Positions 56,564 to 64,000 of a DNA stretch of 64,000 nt are shown one piece after another (position 1 is the stretch's first letter; each line of letters opens with the position of its first letter). Made by a program: the position numbers and the translations under genes. Origin of the DNA: Treponemataceae bacterium. GTDB taxonomy: Bacteria > Spirochaetota > Spirochaetia > Treponematales > Rectinemataceae. The stretch covers positions 992,001 to 1,056,000 of the forward strand of contig CAXXVZ010000005.1 of the NCBI GenBank assembly GCA_963678065.2. The letters run 5' to 3'. A model generated the notes under the pieces. That model was not told the DNA's origin, did no database searches, and saw only the letters and a list, made by a program, of their open reading frames with translations.

Positions 56564-58699
56564 TCAATAGTCACTCAGACTTGATGCCGGCAGAATCTCT
56601 CCGGCTTCGACAGGTCCACCATATTTCGTGATACTGACCCACACCGAGACGATACCGCTCCACTTCTCGCTGCTCCCCGTGCGTGTTCCGCTCACCCGGA
56701 GATAGACGGTGGCCGAAGATGGATGCATGGCCTTGGGCGCGACGTTGCTGAATTCCCTTTGTGTGCGCTCTATACTGCTGAATTGTATTTCCTCTGCCGT
56801 CACCCCGGGATTTTTGAACACTTTCTGGCTTCGGGCGAAGGCCAGAGCCCGTTCGATCGCCTCTTTGTCGCCGATCGGCCGAAGCACCGTCATCGTCGTT
56901 TTACCCTCATAGAGCTTGCGCCAGAGACCGCTGGTCACGTCGGCCACCTCCAGCCCGACGGTAAAGATTCCCTCTTTGGGGAATTTGTGCTTCATCTGGA
57001 TCTGAAGCGGTTTGTCCAGCGGCTTGTCGTAGGGATAATCGATGGTTCTGGTGCCGTCGCCGAAGGTCCACACGTAGGATAGCTTCTTTACGGTCGCAGG
57101 CGGGGGATCGGCAGTACCGGCGAAGGCGTACTCGACATCGACTCCGCCCAACTCGTAATTGTCGGGGTATATCTTCACGGTACCCATTTCCTCCGAGTGA
57201 ACCATAACTCCCCCTATGCTCATCCGCAGGGTGAAGTTTAACGCGTTGCTCAGGGTTCGCGGGTCCATCGCGCTCAGGTCGACGGAAATTTTACCGTTTT
57301 CCACCTTCAGCGTGTAGGCGCTCTGCGGCTGGACATTGCCATTGATCGCGAGCTCGTACTTGTCGTCAGGCCCGCCCGAGTAGAATAATTCCTTGGTCTG
57401 GGCTCCGTAGGGGGTATGTTTGACGAGGCCGGTGAGAATTTTCTTATCCCGGTCGAAGGCGTCGAGTTTTATTTCCACGCGCGGCACATACCAATCGATG
57501 AGTCGTACATTGGCAGCGATCGCGATGGGGATCAGAATACCCGCCTGTTCGCGCACGCTTTCGTACGAGATCGCGATCCGGTTCATCGGCTCGCCCCATC
57601 CCTGCTCGCCGAGCCAGGTCCGGTGGGCCAGGCTCACCTTTACACCGTCGAAATCGCCATAGAAGTAGCCGGAGTCCTCATCGAAATTCAGGTTTTCGAG
57701 CTTCGGGGCTTCGTAGTCGGGCCGGCCGTTGGCGTTGTGGAAGTCTTGGCCGCGGAAGCTGCCGGAAATGGTATCCGCCGAGAAGAATCGTCGATTGGTG
57801 AAGCGGGCCACCTTGTCGAAAAGATCCATGGGATCTGTCGCATTCGCGATGAAGGGCTTCATGTTCGACACAAGCGCTCCGGCGCCGGCAGTCTCCGCGA
57901 CGCGGGGAATGCAGAGCAGCTCGTAGGGATCGTTTCTCAATAGCCCCAGATTGGCATCGGCGTTCCCCAGACCGATATAGTCGTAAATGGCCCGACCCGG
58001 ATGGGAGTCATTGCGCACATGCGGCACGCATGTCATGTCGGCTATCAGATGCATGGTCTCGCCGAGCGCGCGCCACGACTTCGCGAACAGCTTGTTTTTA
58101 TTGCTGGTCTTGTCGGCGAAACCCTGCGCCATGGCCAGCGCGCCCTCCTTCCAGCTGTATTCGTTGGGGCGGATTCCGTTGTTCTGCGTTCCGTTTATGG
58201 CCCAGTCGCGCGCATCCACCCGCGGATTGACCGAAGACGTGAAGGCGGCGAAGGGACTGCGGGTTACCGCGAAAATGGCGGTGCGGTAGACGTAGTCGAG
58301 CTCTTTCAGGTGATCGGTCAGGTACGAAACGCCATCAGCCTGTACCGGGTCGTAAAAATGCCGGAACGAGTTGTACAGCTCGGGCTCGTCAGCGGTAAAC
58401 CCGCCTTCGACGATCCACCAGTCGAAGGTGCCGTTCTCCGGACCTTCGCGTATGATTTCAAGGCCCGCCTCCCGCACCGCGACGCCGGTCAGAAGCGGGC
58501 TTTTGGCCGTTTCCAGGCTGGCGAGATATTTTTTGCGCGCTTCGTCGGATCCGGTTCCGGCAAGCCACGACTTGATGGCCATTTCGTTGATCTTCCGATG
58601 CGTGCCGAATGCTGTTGTGCGGTCCACCCCGCCGCAGTCGTAAGCCCAGGCTCCGGCCGTGAGGCCGAGGATCATACAGACAAGCAGTGCTCGTTTCAT
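56564..58699 (-). CDS. Secreted Zn-dependent phospholipase C/P1-nuclease-like protein with PKD-like domain
   Basis: Signal peptide; GTH, FTADE, RHFYDP, LGETMHLIADMTCVPH, DPYE; PKD-like YVWTFGDG...HKFPKEGIFTVGLEV. Confidence 0.72.
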   Translation of the reverse strand: MKRALLVCMILGLTAGAWAYDCGGVDRTTAFGTHRKINEMAIKSWLAGTGSDEARKKYLASLETAKSPLLTGVAVREAGLEIIREGPENGTFDWWIVEGGFTADEPELYNSFRHFYDPVQADGVSYLTDHLKELDYVYRTAIFAVTRSPFAAFTSSVNPRVDARDWAINGTQNNGIRPNEYSWKEGALAMAQGFADKTSNKNKLFAKSWRALGETMHLIADMTCVPHVRNDSHPGRAIYDYIGLGNADANLGLLRNDPYELLCIPRVAETAGAGALVSNMKPFIANATDPMDLFDKVARFTNRRFFSADTISGSFRGQDFHNANGRPDYEAPKLENLNFDEDSGYFYGDFDGVKVSLAHRTWLGEQGWGEPMNRIAISYESVREQAGILIPIAIAANVRLIDWYVPRVEIKLDAFDRDKKILTGLVKHTPYGAQTKELFYSGGPDDKYELAINGNVQPQSAYTLKVENGKISVDLSAMDPRTLSNALNFTLRMSIGGVMVHSEEMGTVKIYPDNYELGGVDVEYAFAGTADPPPATVKKLSYVWTFGDGTRTIDYPYDKPLDKPLQIQMKHKFPKEGIFTVGLEVADVTSGLWRKLYEGKTTMTVLRPIGDKEAIERALAFARSQKVFKNPGVTAEEIQFSSIERTQREFSNVAPKAMHPSSATVYLRVSGTRTGSSEKWSGIVSVWVSITKYGGPVEAGEILPASSLSDY

Positions 58700-58725
58700 A
58701 GCTGCCTCTTTTCCCTCAAACGATG

Positions 58726-61700
58726 TCAGAACCGTGCCAGGAACCAGCGATCGCCCAGCTTTTCAAGTACGACGATGTAGTTCCGGCCGCGCTCGGTCAC
58801 CGCATACTCCGCGTAGGAGCCCTCTTCCATGACGAGCCTGGCCGAGGAGAGCATCGTGAAGAGGCGGTTCATCGCTTCGGGATGCTGGGTGAATACTGTC
58901 TGATAATCTTTCCGGAAGGCGGGAGTGACTACCTGCGCAGCCGTCGAAGGATCCCCGCTTGCCATGGCCGCTCCGATCCCCTGCAGCGCAGTCGCCCGCG
59001 TTCCGGATGGACCGGGAATCGGGGGGAGCGTATCGCCGGCGGGCGGCTTCGGCGCGGACTCGGGGGACTTCGGCGTGGGCTCGGGCGGCTTGACGGCAGT
59101 CGCGGCAGCGGCCGGAATGGCGCCCAGGTAACGCAGTCTCATCGAACCAGTCATTGCGGGGTGAATATTGTACCGCGCGCCCCATCCATCGTCGTCGGGG
59201 ATATCTCCGACATAGATCGGCTTCCCCGACAAAATCATGGACATGGCAAGGTTCTTCTCTACCTTGCCATTCACGGACAGCGACACAGCGTTCTCCCCAA
59301 TATCTATATCCAGGGCCGCGTCGACACCCGGACTCAAGACCGAATCCGCCGCGATGACATGCCATCCGTTGGGAACCCTGACGGGGCTCTGCCTGCCTGG
59401 ATCGTAAATCTGGAAAATGGGTTTGCCGGAGCCATCGATCAACAGAATGAAGGATCCAAGAGGAGCGGCATTGATACCGACGGTATCCAGTATCGTGCCA
59501 GGCTTCGTATAGTTGACGGTCAGGGAAATACGCAGATTGCTTCGGGGATAATCCTTGGCGAGCAGCGAAGAAAAGGAGGGGCCGGTCATGGTAAACCCCT
59601 CTGATTTTTTTCTCATCCAGCGGAATTCGTATTTTCCGCTTCGACTGTCCGTGTACCGGCCCTCCAGTGTGTCAGAATCCAGGAGGGTTCCCTCGAACTC
59701 GGCCGTATAGTTTTTCGGCGCGTCGACATAGCGCATTCGGACAAGGATGCGGCCTCCGTCCGATACGAGCTCTCCGGTATAGCTTCCATAGAGTCCCGTG
59801 CCATAGCGGGCGGTGAAGCGGTTCCCTCCCGAAGGAGTTATATCCACCGGGTAGGGAGCCTCGACCGGCTGCATCCGGCCGTCCCAGGTCGCGTCGTATA
59901 CATAATCCCAGCGCCCGGCAAGAAAGCCGGCATCGGGATCGGGGGCTGCCGGAACCACCGGAGTAAGCGGCGCCGGCTGGGCTGCCGCGACGGCCTCAGA
60001 GCTGCCGGCGCAGCGGAAACCGCAATTGTAGTACATCCCGGAAGGCGGAGCCGCGTCCCTGTAATCTATCCGGAAATAGCGTGCCTCATCGCGATACCAC
60101 GAGCCGCCGTGCTGTACACAATCGCTGCCGCTGGATGGCGGATTCAGGTCGCCTTTCCGATATCGATCGTACGCGCCGCCCGCGAACCAGTCGGCGCACC
60201 ACTCCCACACATTCCCTACCATCTGGTACAAGCCCCAGGGACTGCGCCCCTCGGGGTATGACCAGACATCGGCGGTAGTCTCCTGGCCCCGGTTGGTCTT
60301 ATTCCGGCAGAGTCGCGCATCCCAGGTATCGCCCCAGGGGAATATCCTGCCATCTGTACCGCGGGCGCCTTTCTCCCACTCGAGTTCGGTGGGCAGACGC
60401 AGCCCGGCCCAGTCGCAATACGCCTTCGCTCCGTACCACGACACCATCACGACAGGGTGATCGGCCTTGCCGCCATATGCCTCATATCCGGAGCCGGCTT
60501 TTCGCACGAAACAGTCTCCATTGAGATTGATCCACTTCTTCAATTCTTCTTGACCAGGTCGCTTCGCGGTCAGGAATTTCGCATATTGCCCATTTGTGAC
60601 CGGATGAAGCGCCAGATAGAATGCAGGAAGGGTGACGGAAAACTTCGCCTCTCCCGCGAGAAAGCTCCCCGCGGGAATCTGAACCAGCTTCGTCCCGTCA
60701 GTCGGATTAGTCCGGACCGCCGCGGTATCCACATCTTCCGCGGGCCGGTCGCCCGGCCCCGGTGGAACTTCCCGGGTACCGCCGACGGTAAGCGGATAGA
60801 TTTCCACTTCATCCAGGTGAAGCCAGGTCTTCTCGTCAAGCTGCAGCCGGACGAAACGCGCGGGTTCGCCCTGGAGGACGACCCGCAAGGGATTTCCGTC
60901 AGTCCCTCCGATGGGCGCGCCGTTGTGCCGATATACGATTTTCCAGCCGGAGCCATCGGTTGACACCAGTACCTGCAAGGTCCTCAGCCGCTCGGGATTG
61001 AAATCGATACGGTTGAACACACGGATCTCGCCCAACATAAACACCGACCCCAGATCCACCTGCCACCAGGGATTAACCTCGTTATCCGTATGGAATCCAA
61101 AACTTCCGTTCTTTATGCCATCGACGGCACCCTGCGGATCGTTTGCGTTCGACCAGGACGATCGGCTCGACTGGCTTGCCGGGCGTCCCTTCGCGATATT
61201 GGCAGCGGCGTTCTCGCCGACCGATGCGTACTCAAAGATCTCGACTTCCTTCACTTGAGGCCCGTTGCCTGTCGACTCGCACCAGATCCTCAGCTTTTGC
61301 AGGCTCTTTCCAATATTTACCTTGTACCACTCTTCCCGTGGCGTCGGGATGAGGCTACCGACGGCCTGCCACACCCCGTTCTCCCATACATCCACCCTGA
61401 ATGCGCTCAGGAAGCTGGTGGACGGATCAGCCGCGATGTAGCGGTCCGGTTGTAGCTGCAGATGCGCGACATTCCGGGGGGTTTTGAAGTCGACGACGAT
61501 CCAGCCCGTTTTTGTGCCGCCCGCCGCGCACCATCCCGAGTTCTGTCCGAGATCCCCGTCGAATGCCTTGATCGCCGTGTAGCCGTTGTAGACGGAAGAA
61601 GCCGACAGAAGGTCTTCCGTGATTTTTATTTTCCGGATATCCGGCGATCCCGAATTCGGTACAGGCTGTTTTACCGGATTTTGCCCCGGAGACTCCCCTG

Positions 61701-62535
61701 CCGGCTTCTGGCCGGAGCCGCTCCCCGGGACTGCTGCGCCCGTCCCCTTCCCTGAAGCCGTTCCCGGCCGTACTCCGGCAGCCTTCCCCGTTTCATCCCA
61801 CCGATAGACATACACGTAGCCCAGGGCGTTCTGGTGATGGAGAACGATCGCGCGGAGATAGATTTTACCCATCTGGCGATACTCGCCGAACAGAGCGTTC
61901 AATCCGGGTACCGACACACTCCCCTTTATGGTTTTGGTTCGGGCTTCAGGGTCTGTGAGGTTCAGGGTGATTTGCCCGAATCCGAGGTTGAAACTCGTGC
62001 CGGCTCCAGGCATCGTCAGATCGATATCCGAATAAAAAACAGCTCCGAGATAGGAACCCCAGGTCTGATTGATTTTCGGGGTCGCGGCGAGGGACATCGA
62101 GATCGTTTCTCCGGGCGTCATCGTCACAGGCGGCGAAGACCATGAAAAATCGATGACTTGCCTTGCGACGGGATTGCTTCCCCGGACAGTGACCTCGCTG
62201 GAAATCACTCCGGAAGACTCGCTCCAGGTCCAGGAATAGTTCTGGTCGGAACCACGCAGCTCGTAAGGGAGCGTCTCCGACAAAACCCAACGCCCGGTTT
62301 CCCGCGGACTCTGGGCCGTGACGGGCAATAGCCCGGAGAAAAGGAACAACGCCAGAATGAACGAACCCCGGAGCAGAGCTCCGAGGTATCGTTCGTTCTG
62401 TAAGGAATGGATTGTATGCGGGTCCATACCCGATAGGCACCTCACAAGAAAAGCGAAGCAGAGCTTCGGGGTATGGACCCGCCTGCGAATCAGCGCGATG
62501 ACAAAACCAGAATACTCGCGCCCACGTCGATTCAT
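58726..62535 (-). CDS. Large secreted multidomain protein: discoidin (F5/8C), F-type lectin, FGE-sulfatase, LamG-like and NTF2-like domains
   Basis: KAFDGD...WIVVDF; AVDG...HT...WWQVDLG...NRID...[38 protein letters not shown]. Start uncertain: 62535 has SD AAGGAG, 62427 is nearer the signal peptide. Confidence 0.8.
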   Translation of the reverse strand: MNRRGREYSGFVIALIRRRVHTPKLCFAFLVRCLSGMDPHTIHSLQNERYLGALLRGSFILALFLFSGLLPVTAQSPRETGRWVLSETLPYELRGSDQNYSWTWSESSGVISSEVTVRGSNPVARQVIDFSWSSPPVTMTPGETISMSLAATPKINQTWGSYLGAVFYSDIDLTMPGAGTSFNLGFGQITLNLTDPEARTKTIKGSVSVPGLNALFGEYRQMGKIYLRAIVLHHQNALGYVYVYRWDETGKAAGVRPGTASGKGTGAAVPGSGSGQKPAGESPGQNPVKQPVPNSGSPDIRKIKITEDLLSASSVYNGYTAIKAFDGDLGQNSGWCAAGGTKTGWIVVDFKTPRNVAHLQLQPDRYIAADPSTSFLSAFRVDVWENGVWQAVGSLIPTPREEWYKVNIGKSLQKLRIWCESTGNGPQVKEVEIFEYASVGENAAANIAKGRPASQSSRSSWSNANDPQGAVDGIKNGSFGFHTDNEVNPWWQVDLGSVFMLGEIRVFNRIDFNPERLRTLQVLVSTDGSGWKIVYRHNGAPIGGTDGNPLRVVLQGEPARFVRLQLDEKTWLHLDEVEIYPLTVGGTREVPPGPGDRPAEDVDTAAVRTNPTDGTKLVQIPAGSFLAGEAKFSVTLPAFYLALHPVTNGQYAKFLTAKRPGQEELKKWINLNGDCFVRKAGSGYEAYGGKADHPVVMVSWYGAKAYCDWAGLRLPTELEWEKGARGTDGRIFPWGDTWDARLCRNKTNRGQETTADVWSYPEGRSPWGLYQMVGNVWEWCADWFAGGAYDRYRKGDLNPPSSGSDCVQHGGSWYRDEARYFRIDYRDAAPPSGMYYNCGFRCAGSSEAVAAAQPAPLTPVVPAAPDPDAGFLAGRWDYVYDATWDGRMQPVEAPYPVDITPSGGNRFTARYGTGLYGSYTGELVSDGGRILVRMRYVDAPKNYTAEFEGTLLDSDTLEGRYTDSRSGKYEFRWMRKKSEGFTMTGPSFSSLLAKDYPRSNLRISLTVNYTKPGTILDTVGINAAPLGSFILLIDGSGKPIFQIYDPGRQSPVRVPNGWHVIAADSVLSPGVDAALDIDIGENAVSLSVNGKVEKNLAMSMILSGKPIYVGDIPDDDGWGARYNIHPAMTGSMRLRYLGAIPAAAATAVKPPEPTPKSPESAPKPPAGDTLPPIPGPSGTRATALQGIGAAMASGDPSTAAQVVTPAFRKDYQTVFTQHPEAMNRLFTMLSSARLVMEEGSYAEYAVTERGRNYIVVLEKLGDRWFLARF

Positions 62536-62864
62536 GATGCACTCCTTTCCGCTTTTGGCCGGACTGCTCGCTATTCCATCTCCATGGAGCAGATACAGGT
62601 ACACCTTGTGAGTATAGGGTAGAATTTTTCGGGCTGCCACGTCTGTTACAGGCTTGAGGTCGGGAAATCGGAATACCGGCAAGGATAACAAGGCGGGAAC
62701 GATGGAGCGGAAAAAGCTGGCCACGATTTTTTCAGGAAGGCTTGGGATGGCGGAGCGCCGCGATGCAAGGCAGGCGGGGCGGGAAAAACGCGGCGGGCCC
62801 GCCCCCGAAAGGTCGGACCCGGACGCTGTCCGATCAGGCAGCCCGCCGCGCCTGCTTCGACCTG

Positions 62865-63866
62865 TTATTTCTTGGCGGCGAGGAAGGCCGCGTACAGCTG
62901 CTTGACCCTGTCATCGGCGCTGGCCAGATACTCGTCGACCATCGGTTTTACCGCTTCCCGGAAGGCGGCCTTGTCGACTTCGTTGATCTTGACGCCGGCG
63001 GCCTTGAGGGTCGCGTATTCCTTTTCGACGGCCGCGGCCCAGATCTGGTTGAATTGCTCCTGGGAGGCTTTTCCGGCCTTGATTACCGCGTCCTGGAGAT
63101 CGGGCGGCAGTTTGTTGAAGACCTTGAGGCTGATGAGCTGCGGATCGGGGATGATGAACTGCTGGGTGAGCGAGTAGTACTTGGCGACTTCCTGCAGCTT
63201 GTTCGCGGTGATGACAGGCGGGCTGTTCTCGAGGCCGTCGATGACCTTCTGCTGAACTGCGCTGTACACCTCGCCCCAGGCCATCGGCGTTCCGATCGCT
63301 CCCATGGCCCCGATGGCCTTGGCGAGGACTGGGTCCTGCATGACTCTGATCTTGATACCCCTGAGATCGGCGGGTTTGACGATCGGCCGCTTCGCGTTGA
63401 GCACAGAGCGCTCGCCCATATTCCACCAGGCGATGATCTTGAACCCGGCGGCCTCGGCCGAATCGTTGAGGATCTTGGCCACGGCCGGACTGCTCAGGAT
63501 CCTGACCGCGTCCTCGCCACTATTGAAGGTGAAGGGGAGCGAAAAGACCGACCAGAGCTTGTCGAAGTTCGAAAGATCCGAAGCGGCGCATTCGGTCATC
63601 TCGATGCTGCCCTCGCGGAGGGCCTGCATGACAGGCATCTTGTCGCCGAGCTGGGAACTCGGATAGAATTTCATTACGAGCCTGCCGTTCGAGTACTGGT
63701 CGATCAGTTTCACCAGTCCCACGGCGCCATCCGCCTGGGCTCCGACGGGCGGGTAGACGACGGCGTACTTCAGCTCGATCTTGGCCTGGCCGAACGCGAC
63801 TCCCGTCGCGAACAGCAACAGGCAGAGTGCGAGGGCAAACCCTCTCCCGACACTACAGTTTTTCAT
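62865..63866 (-). CDS. dctP: TRAP transporter substrate-binding protein (DctP family)
   Basis: [46 protein letters not shown]. Confidence 0.95.
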   Translation of the reverse strand: MKNCSVGRGFALALCLLLFATGVAFGQAKIELKYAVVYPPVGAQADGAVGLVKLIDQYSNGRLVMKFYPSSQLGDKMPVMQALREGSIEMTECAASDLSNFDKLWSVFSLPFTFNSGEDAVRILSSPAVAKILNDSAEAAGFKIIAWWNMGERSVLNAKRPIVKPADLRGIKIRVMQDPVLAKAIGAMGAIGTPMAWGEVYSAVQQKVIDGLENSPPVITANKLQEVAKYYSLTQQFIIPDPQLISLKVFNKLPPDLQDAVIKAGKASQEQFNQIWAAAVEKEYATLKAAGVKINEVDKAAFREAVKPMVDEYLASADDRVKQLYAAFLAAKK

Positions 63867-63959
63867 GAAAACCTCCTGGAAAGAAATCCACACCTCGCCC
63901 CTTCAAGGCGATCTGATATCCAAAGACCCGACGACGTCGGATCGACAGCTGGCTGCGGC

Positions 63960-64000
63960 TCATATATACCCGAGGGCCCTCGGGACGATGAGGACGAGGT
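63960..64000 (-). CDS. 3' end of an upstream gene, probably the TRAP large permease (DctM-like)
   Basis: Minus strand reads ...LVLIVPRALGYI-stop just upstream of dctP. Confidence 0.5.
   Translation of the reverse strand, partial: LVLIVPRALGYI

Noticed and set aside
60005..60125. FGE-sulfatase (CLec-fold) C-terminal GGSW...GFRC segment as a diversity-generating retroelement variable region
   Set aside because: I found no adenine-rich template repeat, reverse transcriptase or avd gene in the window, and the domain is internal rather than C-terminal. A remote DGR cannot be excluded without a genome search.

Overview
Gene-dense, GC-rich bacterial chromosome segment, almost entirely on the minus strand. 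It may come from a free-living spirochaete, which is a weak inference from protein style. It is dominated by nutrient uptake and catabolism. From left to right: a partial Zn-alcohol dehydrogenase with a LIV-type ABC operon; a methyltransferase; DinB; a LacI-regulated sugar ABC/PfkB/GH4/PIG-L-deacetylase operon; a GlpA/LhgO-like oxidoreductase pair; a MarR-regulated heterodimeric ABC exporter; a YesMN-type glycan locus (GH3, DUF4038-type, ABC, doubly disrupted GH106-like gene); and a secreted alpha/beta hydrolase. Next is a 13 kb FadR-regulated catabolic block with no kinase (non-canonical transaldolase-family enzyme, LIV ABC, IolO-like epimerase, SDR, Zn-ADH, split transketolase, CoA-acylating malonate/methylmalonate-semialdehyde dehydrogenase), bracketed by a 34/35-bp direct repeat. 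After it come SPFH, typA, an acyl-CoA thioesterase, an MFS transporter, a secreted pair (multidomain F-type-lectin/FGE-sulfatase protein and a Zn-phospholipase C/P1-like PKD protein) and a TRAP transporter. I recognised no rRNA, tRNA, CRISPR, integrase, transposase or reverse transcriptase. The best candidates for an undescribed system are the repeat-flanked 38.3-51.4 kb pathway island and the secreted lectin/phospholipase pair. All product calls come from motif recognition by eye, with no database searches.
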